Positions 47,304 through 57,471 of a stretch of 64,000 bases of DNA are shown one piece after another. Source of the DNA: an uncultured Gammaproteobacteria bacterium. Its GTDB lineage: Bacteria; Patescibacteriota; Patescibacteriia; Magasanikbacterales; GWA2-37-8. Both the position numbers and the translations under genes were made by a program. The notes under the pieces were generated by a model. The model saw only the letters and a list, made by a program, of their open reading frames with translations, was not told the DNA's origin and did not search any database. The stretch lies in NCBI GenBank assembly GCA_964536725.1, contig CAZHYJ010000001.1:121081-185080 (forward strand), given 5' to 3'. Numbering within the stretch: the stretch's first letter is position 1; each line of letters starts with the position of its first letter.

Positions 47304-48533
47304 ATGGAAAACAGCAATCCGTTTTTAAATGCGATGGCCCAGCTTGATAAGGCTGCCAAGATTATGAGCTTGGACAAAAATATTCATGCCGTGCTGCGCC
47401 AACCGGATCGAATATTAACCGTCTCAGTGCCAGTGCGCATGGATAATGGTGAGGTAAATGTATTCACTGGTTATCGTTCGCAATTTAATGATTCACTCGG
47501 CCCTTACAAGGGTGGTATTCGTTATCACGCCAACGTGACACTTGATGAAGTGAAGGCATTGTCTTTCTGGATGATGGTAAAGTGTGCCACGGTAAATATC
47601 CCGATGGGCGGCGGTAAAGGCGGAATTATTGTGGATTCGAAGAAATTATCTATTGGAGAATTGGAAAGAATGTCTCGTGGATATATTCAAAAAATTTGGC
47701 GTGAAATTGGTTCGGACAAAGATGTACCGGCACCCGATATGTATACCACCCCACAGATCATGGGTTGGATGCGTGATGAATTTGAAAAACTATTAGGTCA
47801 TGCCGATCCCGGAGTGATCACTGGTAAAGCAATTGCTGATGGCGGATCAGAAGGACGCGAGACCGCGACTGCACAAGGCGGTGTGTATGTAGCAAAAGAA
47901 TTGGCCAAGAAATTAGGGTTGGTTCCTAGTGCAACCAAAGTGGCTATCCAAGGCATGGGCAATGTTGGTGGCTTTATGGGGAAGATCTTGAAGAGTGAAG
48001 GGTATCAAGTAGTAGCCATTAGTGATTCTAAAGGTGGTGTGTATTCTGAAAGTTTGGATTTGGACGCGGTATTTAAACACAAAGAAGAAACCGGTTCAGT
48101 GCAAAATTTAGTGGGCACACAAAATGTGACCAACGCTGAGTTGTTGGAGTTACCAGTAGATATTTTAGTGCCAGCGGCAATGGAAAATCAGATTACTAAA
48201 GACAATGTCAATAACATTAAAGCCAAGGTGATTATCGAAATGGCGAATGGTCCAACTACACCGGAGGCGGACGAAGTCTTGAGCAGTCGTAGAATTGTTT
48301 TAGTACCAGATGTCTTGTCTAACGCTGGTGGTGTGACAGTTTCATATTTTGAATGGGAACAAAATGTCAAAGGTGAAAAATGGAGCGAAACGGATGTGTT
48401 TGCGAAATTGGAACCGATTATGGTAAACGCCTTCAACGAAGTTTGGGAGGCAAAAGAAAAATATACCATTGATTTACGTACCGCGGCATTTGTTAAAGCG
48501 ATTGAACGGGTGGCGAGTAAGATAAAAGTTTAA
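47304..48533 (+). CDS. gdhA: Glutamate dehydrogenase (Glu/Leu/Phe/Val family)
   Basis: GPYKGGIRYH, GGGKGG, DVPAPD, QGMGNVG, EMANGP, NAGGVTVSYFEW. Confidence 0.92.
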   Translation: MENSNPFLNAMAQLDKAAKIMSLDKNIHAVLRQPDRILTVSVPVRMDNGEVNVFTGYRSQFNDSLGPYKGGIRYHANVTLDEVKALSFWMMVKCATVNIPMGGGKGGIIVDSKKLSIGELERMSRGYIQKIWREIGSDKDVPAPDMYTTPQIMGWMRDEFEKLLGHADPGVITGKAIADGGSEGRETATAQGGVYVAKELAKKLGLVPSATKVAIQGMGNVGGFMGKILKSEGYQVVAISDSKGGVYSESLDLDAVFKHKEETGSVQNLVGTQNVTNAELLELPVDILVPAAMENQITKDNVNNIKAKVIIEMANGPTTPEADEVLSSRRIVLVPDVLSNAGGVTVSYFEWEQNVKGEKWSETDVFAKLEPIMVNAFNEVWEAKEKYTIDLRTAAFVKAIERVASKIKV

Positions 48534-48535
48534 AC

Positions 48536-49399
48536 ATGCCTGAGTTGCCAGAAGTGGAAACAATTAAACGCGATTTGGCAAAAAAGATTGTTGGCAAAAA
48601 AATTACCACTATTTTAATTTTACAGAAAAAGTCCGTACATTATCCGACGGACAAATTTAAGGAAGTTTTGGTAGGGGATAAAATATCTTCAATTAATCGT
48701 CGAGGAAAACTGTTGTATTGTTCTTTTCAAAAGAGCCCGTTGTTTTTGTTGGTGCATTTGAAAATGACCGGACAGTTAATCTACCGCCAAAAAGAAAAAA
48801 TTACCGCTGGTGGGCATAGTCTGGGTAAAATTGATTTTGAGTTGCCGAATAAGTTTACACGGGCAGTGTTTGGTTTTGTTGATGGTTCGGAGCTGTTTTT
48901 TAACGACATGCGTCGTTTTGGATATTTAAAATTGGTGACCGCGGAAGAGAAAGACAAGATATTACAGAAGAGTTTTGGGATTGAGCCATTAACACCAGAT
49001 TTCAAATATCAATCATTTGCCCAGCTGTTTGTTAAAAGAAAAACAGCTGTGAAGGCGTTGTTAATGAATCAAAAATTAATTGCCGGCCTGGGTAATATTT
49101 ATGCTGACGAAGTTTGTTTTTGTGCGGGCATTAAACCGGACCGGCGCGTGGAGAAGATTAGCGAAAGCGAAAAGAAAAAGTTATTTAGTTGTATTAACAA
49201 AGTTTTGTTGTTGTCGATCAAGCATCGGGGGACGACTTTTAATAGCTACGTTGATTGTGATGGTAACAAAGGAAATTTTGTTCACCTGTTAAAAGTGTAT
49301 GGTCGGGATGGGGAAAAGTGTTATCGTTGTAAAAGTATTATTAAAAAAATTCGGGCGGCTGGAAGGGGTACACATTTTTGTCTGCAGTGCCAAAAGTAG
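48536..49399 (+). CDS. mutM: Formamidopyrimidine-DNA glycosylase
   Basis: MPELPEVET, HLKMTG, GLGNIYADE, C-terminal zinc finger. Confidence 0.97.
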   Translation: MPELPEVETIKRDLAKKIVGKKITTILILQKKSVHYPTDKFKEVLVGDKISSINRRGKLLYCSFQKSPLFLLVHLKMTGQLIYRQKEKITAGGHSLGKIDFELPNKFTRAVFGFVDGSELFFNDMRRFGYLKLVTAEEKDKILQKSFGIEPLTPDFKYQSFAQLFVKRKTAVKALLMNQKLIAGLGNIYADEVCFCAGIKPDRRVEKISESEKKKLFSCINKVLLLSIKHRGTTFNSYVDCDGNKGNFVHLLKVYGRDGEKCYRCKSIIKKIRAAGRGTHFCLQCQK

Positions 49400-49463
49400 C
49401 TTTCTTGCCTTTTTTCCGTTATTTTAGTAAAATTAGATTACCTTTAAAGGTAATTTTTTTCTT

Positions 49464-49937
49464 ATGGACAATGAACACAAAACTCAATATTGTTTCCAAA
49501 ATTGTCAGAAATTGGTAGTTTTTTCAACCGACGGATCAGCGGTACTTTTGGCCAAGCGCAAAGGGGAAAATGACTTTGACGAGGTGTATTCTTTTATTGG
49601 CGGGAAAATGGAAGTAATGGACGACTCCGTGGTTGCTGGTATGCAACGGGAGAAAAACGAAGAAGTGGGTGTCGAGTTTAAAATTAAGTTATATCCGGTC
49701 TTTAATACCGTGGTATATTTTCATAAAAAAGACGGTAGCTGTATGGTTTTGCCCCACTATTATTGTCAGCATGTCAGCGGAGAAATTAAATTGAACGAAG
49801 AGTATTCGGACTACAAGTGGGTGCCGTTGAGCGAATTAAAAAGTTTTGCACCAAAGATTTTTTCTATTGATGACATGGTAGAAAAACTTTTGCGGCTCAA
49901 ACCATTAATGAAAGAGGAAGAGTTTGTAATAATATAG
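49464..49937 (+). CDS. NUDIX hydrolase
   Basis: GGKME...GMQREKNEEVG Nudix box. Confidence 0.85.
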   Translation: MDNEHKTQYCFQNCQKLVVFSTDGSAVLLAKRKGENDFDEVYSFIGGKMEVMDDSVVAGMQREKNEEVGVEFKIKLYPVFNTVVYFHKKDGSCMVLPHYYCQHVSGEIKLNEEYSDYKWVPLSELKSFAPKIFSIDDMVEKLLRLKPLMKEEEFVII

Positions 49938-49940
49938 TGT

Positions 49941-52370
49941 ATGAAAAAATACGATCACAAATCAATTGAAAAAAAATGGCAGAAATATTGGGAGAAAAAC
50001 GAAACATATAAAACCAAAGAGGGTGGCGACAAGCCAAAATATTATATTCTAGATATGTTTCCGTATCCGTCTGGCGTCGGTTTGCATGTCGGTCATCCGA
50101 AAGGATATATCGCAACCGACGTTGTAGCACGAATGAAAATGATGCAAGGATATAACGTACTCCATCCAATGGGTTGGGACGCGTTTGGTTTACCAGCGGA
50201 AAATTACGCCTTGAAAAACAAGGTCCATCCAGCAATCTCAACCGAACATAATGTTGAAAATTACAAAAATCAACTCAGTTTACTTGGTCTGACATATGAT
50301 TGGAGCCGAGAATTAAACACCACTGATCCGAAGTTCTACAAATGGACACAATGGGCATTCGTTCAAATGTTTAAACGCGGTTTAGCGTTTGAATCTTATG
50401 AACCAATTAATTGGTGTCCAGAGTGTAAGACTGGTTTGGCAAATGAAGATTTGGAAAATGGGTTGTGCGAACGCTGCGGTAGTCAGGTGGAGCAGAAGCC
50501 AATGCGCCAGTGGGTTTTAAAAATTACTGATTACGCAGAACGCTTGCTTAAAGATTTAGATCAATTGAAAGATTGGCCAGAGTCGATAAAAACAATGCAG
50601 AAGGAATGGATTGGAAAAAGTGAAGGAGCGTTGGTGAGTTTTGGTATCAAAGGATTAGAAGAAAAGTTGGCAGTGTTTACTACGCGGCCTGATACTTTGT
50701 TTGGAGCGACATATTGTGTGTTGGCACCAGAACATGCTTTGGTGCAAAAGTTGAGTGAGAAGATTGAAAATTGGGACAGTGTTGAAAAATATATTGCTCA
50801 AGCCCAAAAGAAAACTTCTTTAGAGCGTACTGAGTTACAAAAAGAAAAAACTGGTGTCGAACTAAAGGGGGTTAAGGCAGTGAATCCAGTTAACAATGAG
50901 GAATTGCCAATTTTCATTGCTGATTATGTTTTGACTGGCTATGGCACCGGTGCGATCATGGCAGTGCCGGCGCACGATGAGCGTGATTTTGAATTTGCGA
51001 AGAAATATGAATTACCAATCAAGGAAGTTTTGAAAGGTGGAGACGTAAACGTTGCTGCTTTTACTGAAGACGGTGTCCATGTTAGTTCTGAATTTTTAGA
51101 TGGGCTTAAAAAAACAGAGGCGTTAGAAAAAATAATCACCTGGTTAGAGGAAAAAGGATTAGGACAAAGAAAAATACAATACAAATTGCGTGATTGGGTA
51201 TTTTCTCGCCAGCGTTATTGGGGCGAACCAATTCCGCTTGTCCATTGTGAAAAATGTGGTTGGGTATCGGTTCCGGAAAATGAGCTACCTTTAGAATTGC
51301 CAAAAGTAAAAAATTACGAACCAAGTGGAACAGGGGAATCACCATTGGTAAATATTACGGATTGGGTAAATACCAAGTGCCCAACATGTGGTGGTCCAGC
51401 TAAACGTGAAACCAACACGATGCCGCAGTGGGCGGGTTCTTCTTGGTATTACTTAAGATATATTGATCCACAAAATGATGCGGCGTTGGTTGACAAAGAA
51501 AAAGAAAAATATTGGCTTGGCTCGCCGAAGCTGGGCGAAGGCGGCGTGGATTTGTATGTGGGCGGTGCTGAGCATGCCACACGTCATTTAATCTATGCGC
51601 GTTTTTGGCATAAGTTTTTGTTTGACATTGGTGTGGTAAGTTATTCCGAACCATTCACTCGTTTACAAAATGTTGGCTTGGTTTTGGCTAGTGACGGCAG
51701 AAAGATGAGTAAGCGTTGGGACAATGTAATCAATCCGGATGATGTGGTAGAAGAATACGGTGCTGATTCTATGCGCCTGTACGAAATGTTTATGGGCCCA
51801 TTTGATCAACCATGTTCTTGGAGCATGCAAGGATTAGTGGGGATGAAAAGATTTTTAGAAAAAGTTTGGTTATTGCAGGAAAAAGTTGGCGAGAAAGTCG
51901 AGGTTGATTCCAAACTAACTGTTCTTTTGCACCAGACGATTAAAAAAGTTACCGAAGATATTGAATCACTACGGTTCAATACCGCCATTTCTCAACTCAT
52001 GATTCTTGTTAACGAATTAGCAAAAACAGAATCGGTTAGCGAAGAGATGTATTCGACTTTGATCAAATTACTTTCTCCGTTTGTACCGCATTTTTCTGAT
52101 GAGCTATTTGAGCAGTTAAACGGTAAAGGCACAGTATTTGAATCCGATTGGCCAAAGTATGATGTTGATCTAACAAAAAATGAGACGATGACTTTGGCGG
52201 TACAGATCAATGGGAAATTGCGCGATACTTTGGAAGTGTCAGCTGATATTTCTGAAGAGGATGCGAAGAAGATGTCTTTGGAATCAGAAAAAGTTATCAA
52301 GTGGTTGGAAGGTAAAGAGCCCAAGAAAGTTATTTACGTTAAAGGTAAGTTGGTGAGTATTGTGGTGTAA
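49941..52370 (+). CDS. leuS: Leucine--tRNA ligase
   Basis: MFPYPSG.GLHVGH, GWDAFGLPAEN, FTTRPDT, SRQRYWG, KMSKR. Confidence 0.98.
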   Translation: MKKYDHKSIEKKWQKYWEKNETYKTKEGGDKPKYYILDMFPYPSGVGLHVGHPKGYIATDVVARMKMMQGYNVLHPMGWDAFGLPAENYALKNKVHPAISTEHNVENYKNQLSLLGLTYDWSRELNTTDPKFYKWTQWAFVQMFKRGLAFESYEPINWCPECKTGLANEDLENGLCERCGSQVEQKPMRQWVLKITDYAERLLKDLDQLKDWPESIKTMQKEWIGKSEGALVSFGIKGLEEKLAVFTTRPDTLFGATYCVLAPEHALVQKLSEKIENWDSVEKYIAQAQKKTSLERTELQKEKTGVELKGVKAVNPVNNEELPIFIADYVLTGYGTGAIMAVPAHDERDFEFAKKYELPIKEVLKGGDVNVAAFTEDGVHVSSEFLDGLKKTEALEKIITWLEEKGLGQRKIQYKLRDWVFSRQRYWGEPIPLVHCEKCGWVSVPENELPLELPKVKNYEPSGTGESPLVNITDWVNTKCPTCGGPAKRETNTMPQWAGSSWYYLRYIDPQNDAALVDKEKEKYWLGSPKLGEGGVDLYVGGAEHATRHLIYARFWHKFLFDIGVVSYSEPFTRLQNVGLVLASDGRKMSKRWDNVINPDDVVEEYGADSMRLYEMFMGPFDQPCSWSMQGLVGMKRFLEKVWLLQEKVGEKVEVDSKLTVLLHQTIKKVTEDIESLRFNTAISQLMILVNELAKTESVSEEMYSTLIKLLSPFVPHFSDELFEQLNGKGTVFESDWPKYDVDLTKNETMTLAVQINGKLRDTLEVSADISEEDAKKMSLESEKVIKWLEGKEPKKVIYVKGKLVSIVV

Positions 52371-52371
52371 G

Positions 52372-53304
52372 ATGAAATTTTTTAATAGACATAAAAATAT
52401 AAAATGGATATTGCTCCTGGGTGCAGTGTTGTTTGTTGTCGCTGGACTTTTAGTTTGGTGGAGCAATTTTTGGTCTTCTGGTCAGGATGTAGAAGATTAC
52501 GCTGTGGATCAGCAGTTGTCAGAATTGCGCCAAACCGAACAAAATTTGTTGGAAAATTCTTCCACTTTAAAAATGCAGGCTTCATCTACCTATCCAGAAA
52601 AATATCAGACAAATTTTGGTATTCTAATGTACCATCGTGTTAGCGATAATCCAAAATATAGTCGTACTCGCTGGTCAGTAACGCCGACGAGTTTTGAGAA
52701 TCAAATTAAATATTTACAGGACAACGGATATAGTTTTGTAAAAATGACAGAAGCTTATCAAAAATATCTAAGCACCTCCTCAACGACTTCCTCTCCATAT
52801 TACAAAACACTCGCTTTAACTTTTGATGATGGTTATCGTGAATTCTATACGATCGCGTTTCCGCTTTTGAAAAAATATAATATACCGGCAACAGTATTTG
52901 TGATTACTAGTGATGTGGGGAAAAATGGCAATGTCACTTGGGAGATGTTGAAAGAGATGGTGACTACTGGTTTGGTAGAAGTTGGTTCGCATACTGTTGG
53001 TCATAAAGATTCAACGCGTATTTCAAACAATACTTTGTTAAAGGAGTTTGTTGACAGTAAATCAATTATTGAAAAAAACATCGGTACGCCAATTTTTATC
53101 TTGGCATATCCGTATGGTTCGGCCAATGCTTCAGTGTATGAAACGGCGAAACAGGCTGGGTATTTAGGGGCGGTGCGAGTGTTAGCTGGTGGACGGCCAA
53201 GTGTGAACAATCTTTTTTCTTGGCGGCGAATGGTGGTAGACAATGCTGATGCCGGTCCGCTATTTTTAAAGAAAATATTCACCGCTTTTCAAGTGATTAA
53301 GTAA
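52372..53304 (+). CDS. Polysaccharide deacetylase (CE4), membrane-anchored
   Basis: ILMYH, LTFDDG, GSHTVGH, AYPYG. Confidence 0.9.
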   Translation: MKFFNRHKNIKWILLLGAVLFVVAGLLVWWSNFWSSGQDVEDYAVDQQLSELRQTEQNLLENSSTLKMQASSTYPEKYQTNFGILMYHRVSDNPKYSRTRWSVTPTSFENQIKYLQDNGYSFVKMTEAYQKYLSTSSTTSSPYYKTLALTFDDGYREFYTIAFPLLKKYNIPATVFVITSDVGKNGNVTWEMLKEMVTTGLVEVGSHTVGHKDSTRISNNTLLKEFVDSKSIIEKNIGTPIFILAYPYGSANASVYETAKQAGYLGAVRVLAGGRPSVNNLFSWRRMVVDNADAGPLFLKKIFTAFQVIK

Positions 53305-53306
53305 TT

Positions 53307-54797
53307 ATGGATTTAAGGGAGGGGATTAATTTAGTTATCAATTCTAAAAGCCGTACTTTTTTATTAGGGTGCGGTCTTTTTATTCTGGGTATTTTTTTAA
53401 GTTTATTGTTGGTCACCGAGCGTCAAACTTTTTTGGTAGCGGGTTATTGGGTGATTTTATCTTTGTTGTTTCTTTTTTCTTGGTTGGGCAGGGATTACAA
53501 AATACGTATGGTTGTTTTGTTCTTGTTGTTATTCGCCTTCGGTTTTTTACGCGGTGTTTGGTCAATGCCCAAATTGGCCCCCGATCACGTGTCTGCCTTA
53601 GTGGGCAAGAAAATTGAAGTGGTGGGCACGGTGTCTGATGTTCAAGGTGGTGTCGAGGGTGTTTCGTACGTTTTCAAGCCCGAGGGATATCGCGGGAATA
53701 TTTTAATTTCCGCTGCGCTTTATCCGCGGTATGTTTATGGCGATAAATTAAAAATATTGTGTCAGTTTGATTTTCCCGATGGCGACTCGGCCGGTTACGC
53801 GCGATATTTATCAACGCGAGATATTTTTGCGACTTGTGGCTTTGCTAAGATAGAAAAAGTGGGTAGTGGTGGGGGAAATATTTTGGGAAGAACTTTGTTC
53901 AATTGGCGAATATTGCTTGGTGAAAAAATTAATTCTTTATGGCCAGAACCACGAGCGTCATTAATGGCGGGAATTTTGTACGGTGAGCGGGGGAGTATGC
54001 CAAAAAGTTTAAAGAATGATTTTAGTAATTCGGGATTGTCACACATTGTCGCAGTGTCCGGGTACAACACCAGTGTTATCGCACTAGTAATGATGGCAGT
54101 TTTTATTTTCATCGGCTGCTGGCGACGACAATCTTTTTGGTTATCGTCTGTCAGCTTGGTTTTATTTACTCTCTTCACCGGTGCCACCGCTTCAGTGGTG
54201 CGTGCGGCCGTGATGGCGATATTTGTAATGTCGGGCAGTTATCTAGGTCGACCAGCGCGGATGTTAAACTCACTTTTGTTTGCCGCCGCGTTAATGCTGT
54301 TGTTTAATCCGCGTATACTTTTTGATGTGGGCTTTCAGTTGTCCTTTGTTGCAACCGTTGGCGTCTCATATGTCGGACCGTTGTTGAATAAATATTTTAT
54401 TGGCAATCGAGAATTATCTGGAGTTAAAAAGTTAGTGTCCGAGCTTTTCTTTACCACTCTTGGAGCACTAGTGATTACACTGCCCATGACTATCTACTAT
54501 TTTGGCAAATTGCCGATCCTAGCGATCTTGGCAAATATTTTAGTGGTGGGTTTCATTCCGGTGGTGATGTTATTGGGTTTTTTGGCGTTACTTTTGAGTT
54601 TTGTTCTTTTTCCCTTAGGATTATCAGTAGCATTTGCCGGCGACCTCGGTTTACGCTATATTATATTGGTTGCCGAGCAATTAGCGGTTGGCAGTGTCGC
54701 TGTTAGTTTACCGTTTATTATAGTAATATTAATTTACCTGTTAATTTTTTTCTGGCTTTATCGATTAAACATATATGTCAAAAAAAGCGAAAGTTAA
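53307..54797 (+). CDS. comEC: ComEC/Rec2 competence protein, membrane/channel part
   Basis: GLSHIVAVSGYN, ASVVRA, DVGFQLSF, many TM segments. Confidence 0.9.
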   Translation: MDLREGINLVINSKSRTFLLGCGLFILGIFLSLLLVTERQTFLVAGYWVILSLLFLFSWLGRDYKIRMVVLFLLLFAFGFLRGVWSMPKLAPDHVSALVGKKIEVVGTVSDVQGGVEGVSYVFKPEGYRGNILISAALYPRYVYGDKLKILCQFDFPDGDSAGYARYLSTRDIFATCGFAKIEKVGSGGGNILGRTLFNWRILLGEKINSLWPEPRASLMAGILYGERGSMPKSLKNDFSNSGLSHIVAVSGYNTSVIALVMMAVFIFIGCWRRQSFWLSSVSLVLFTLFTGATASVVRAAVMAIFVMSGSYLGRPARMLNSLLFAAALMLLFNPRILFDVGFQLSFVATVGVSYVGPLLNKYFIGNRELSGVKKLVSELFFTTLGALVITLPMTIYYFGKLPILAILANILVVGFIPVVMLLGFLALLLSFVLFPLGLSVAFAGDLGLRYIILVAEQLAVGSVAVSLPFIIVILIYLLIFFWLYRLNIYVKKSES

Positions 54798-55389
54798 AAT
54801 TTTGTCTTCTGCCATTGGATATGATTTGGCGGCGAGCGGGTATGATAAAAAAGAAGGGTATTTGAATAGTTTTGAAAAAGAGAAGGTTGTTGAAATATTA
54901 GGTAGTCTGAAAGGTAAAAAAGTTTTGGATGTCGGAGCTGGCACTGGCCGATTATCTTTAGATTTATCATCTGCTGGTGCTAAAGTAATTGCCTTAGATG
55001 TGTCGGAAGAAATGCTGAAAGTTTTGAAACGAAAAAATGTACGGATTGAAACGGTTGTGGGCGATGCGGAGTCATTGCCATTTGAGGATAATTCTTTCGA
55101 TGTTGTCACAGCCGCTTTCTTAATTGTTCATCTGAAAGATCCCGCCAGTTTTTTTGATGAGGTATATCGAGTATTAAAACCCGGAGGTAAGTTTTTGGTG
55201 ACCAATATTAATCAGAAAGAACCGCCCGAAGTGCAAACCAAAACGGGGGCAATAAAAATCGAATCATATTATCATCGCCCGGAGAGTGTGAGGGAAAAAT
55301 TGGAAGAGTTGGCGTTCAATATTGAACGCGAGGAATTTGTGAAAGAAAATGGTGTTTGGGTTAATCAGATTATTTTGGCGACCAAGTAG
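54775..55389 (+). CDS. Class I SAM-dependent methyltransferase
   Basis: VLDVGAGTG, ALDVSEEML, GDAESLPF..NSFD, RVLKPGG. Confidence 0.9.
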   Translation: MSKKAKVKILSSAIGYDLAASGYDKKEGYLNSFEKEKVVEILGSLKGKKVLDVGAGTGRLSLDLSSAGAKVIALDVSEEMLKVLKRKNVRIETVVGDAESLPFEDNSFDVVTAAFLIVHLKDPASFFDEVYRVLKPGGKFLVTNINQKEPPEVQTKTGAIKIESYYHRPESVREKLEELAFNIEREEFVKENGVWVNQIILATK

Positions 55390-55390
55390 T

Positions 55391-56248
55391 ATGGATAAAA
55401 AATGGAGGGCATATCTTTTGTTGGTATCACTTGGTTTAGTAATTTTCTTTTGTTATTGGCAATATTTTGAAAACAAAAAATACCACTTTAGTGTGGTATT
55501 TTTTGATGTCGGACAGGGTGATTCAGCATTAATTAATTTTTCTAATGGTAAAAAAATGTTGGTCGATTGTGGAATAAATGGAAATATTTTGTCGAAACTA
55601 GGTAGTCGTCTGCCATTTTATGATCGCACCATCGACTATCTAGTTGTGACTCATCCGGATCTGGATCACTACGGCGGCTGTATTGATGTGCTCAAGCGTT
55701 ATCAAGTTAAAAACATTATTGAAAATGGCATACAAAAACCGTCTGATAATTTTTGGTTAAGTTGGAACAGTGTTGCAAAAAATGAAGGTGCTGTGCGTAG
55801 TGTAATAGATGAGCCGCGCGTTTCTTTGGTATTTGGTCAGGAGAAGGTTGATTTTTTTAAGCCTGATTCGAAGTTTTTGCCTAGCGAAGATGGTGGGGGA
55901 AATAACGGTTCATTGGTTTTCACCCTGCGTACCCCACAACATTCTTTTATATTTTCTGGAGACGCTGAAGTGTTATTGGAGTTGGCACTGATTAAAACTT
56001 TTTGTCCAAGCGGCTTAATCAGTTGTGGTAGCTTTCGTGCAGATTATCTAAAGGTGGGCCATCATGGCAGTGATAGCTCAACTGGTGATGAGTGGTTGGA
56101 GGTGGTGCGTCCGAAGACTGCAATTGTGTCGGTAGGGAAAAACAAGTTCGGCCACCCATCGCTGCGAGTAATGCGAAAACTAGAGAGGATGGGGATAGGT
56201 ATATGGCGAACAGATGATAAAGGTGATATAATAGTAGGCAAGGAGTAG
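55391..56248 (+). CDS. ComEC-type metallo-beta-lactamase domain protein
   Basis: FFDVGQGDS, THPDLDH, SGDAE, LKVGHHGS, NKFGHP, RTD..G. Confidence 0.9.
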   Translation: MDKKWRAYLLLVSLGLVIFFCYWQYFENKKYHFSVVFFDVGQGDSALINFSNGKKMLVDCGINGNILSKLGSRLPFYDRTIDYLVVTHPDLDHYGGCIDVLKRYQVKNIIENGIQKPSDNFWLSWNSVAKNEGAVRSVIDEPRVSLVFGQEKVDFFKPDSKFLPSEDGGGNNGSLVFTLRTPQHSFIFSGDAEVLLELALIKTFCPSGLISCGSFRADYLKVGHHGSDSSTGDEWLEVVRPKTAIVSVGKNKFGHPSLRVMRKLERMGIGIWRTDDKGDIIVGKE

Positions 56249-56270
56249 CTGTCTAATTTTTAAAGTGTAT

Positions 56271-56642
56271 ATGGTGAAAAAGAAAATTTTAATTGCGGAG
56301 GACGAAAGACCGATGGCGCGTGCGTTGGAATTAAAATTCAACAACTCTGGTTTTGAAGCCAAAGCTGTTTATGATGGCGAGGAAGCGGTGGTTGAATTGA
56401 TTAAAGGCAAATATGATTTATTGTTGCTTGATATTATGATGCCAAAAAAAGACGGCTTTGGTGTTTTGGAAGATATAAAAAATAAGAAAATTAATGTGAA
56501 GGTTATTGTTTCGAGCAATCTTAGTCAGTCTGAGGATCTGGATAAAGCTAAAAAAATGGGGGCGATAGGTTATTTTGTAAAGTCTGATACCCCAATCAGC
56601 CAGGTAGTTGAACAAGTTAAACAGGCCTTAAGTATTAAATAA
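56271..56642 (+). CDS. Single-domain response regulator
   Basis: ILIAEDE, LLLDIMMP..DG, SNL, YFVK. Confidence 0.92.
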   Translation: MVKKKILIAEDERPMARALELKFNNSGFEAKAVYDGEEAVVELIKGKYDLLLLDIMMPKKDGFGVLEDIKNKKINVKVIVSSNLSQSEDLDKAKKMGAIGYFVKSDTPISQVVEQVKQALSIK

Positions 56643-56748
56643 AGGGGGTATGAAAATCCAAGATCAAAAACTAAAAGAGCTCCTCTAGATACTATTATTG
56701 CAGAGATAAATTCTATCTTAAAGAAAATATAACCCACCTTGAATAATT

Positions 56749-57366
56749 ATGTTGCTTTTGCAGAAAATATTTTTTTTCAGTCTTTGTCTCTTCGTCTTTA
56801 GTTTTTTTGTTACACCAGTTCTGGCGAAAGATATCGATACGGACAAAGATGGGTTATCAGATATGATTGAAGAAAAATTGGGGACCAATCTGATCGTTTT
56901 TGATACCGACGGCGATGGTCATGGTGATGGTCAAGAAGTATCGCGCGGTTTTGATCCGTTGAATGCGGAAAAGGTGCGGTTAAAAAATAAAAATGTTAAA
57001 GTTGATTTAACTACCCAGCAACTATCATATTATGTGGGTGAAATTAAAATAGGTTCGATGCCGGTTTCGACCGGTGTGTTAAGCTCGCCAACACCAACAG
57101 GCGATTTTAAAATTATTCGTGAGCTCAAATCTCATCTGTATGCCGGTCCGGGATATTATCTGCCCAACACCAAATGGAACATGGAGTTTAAGCGCAGTTT
57201 TTATCTACATGGCGCTTATTGGCATAATCAATTTGGTATCAAGCCGATGAGTCACGGTTGTGTAAATATTGGATACAAAGACGCGGAAAAATTGTACTGG
57301 TTTTTGGATGTGGGCGACAATGTAAAAATTGTGGGAAAAACCCCGCGTGTGGTAGCAAAAAAGTGA
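56749..57366 (+). CDS. L,D-transpeptidase (YkuD) with Ca-binding-like DxDxDG repeats
   Basis: Signal peptide, DTDKDGLSD/DTDGDG, VSTG..PTPTG, HGAYWH..SHGCVN. Confidence 0.9.
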   Translation: MLLLQKIFFFSLCLFVFSFFVTPVLAKDIDTDKDGLSDMIEEKLGTNLIVFDTDGDGHGDGQEVSRGFDPLNAEKVRLKNKNVKVDLTTQQLSYYVGEIKIGSMPVSTGVLSSPTPTGDFKIIRELKSHLYAGPGYYLPNTKWNMEFKRSFYLHGAYWHNQFGIKPMSHGCVNIGYKDAEKLYWFLDVGDNVKIVGKTPRVVAKK

Positions 57367-57471
57367 TGCGCTCTTGACAATCTTTAGTGATTTGATATAA
57401 TATTTGACATCAGTAACATCAAATAAGATGTTGCTTTTTTTTAACTTAAATTTAATATTTAAATATAGTAT

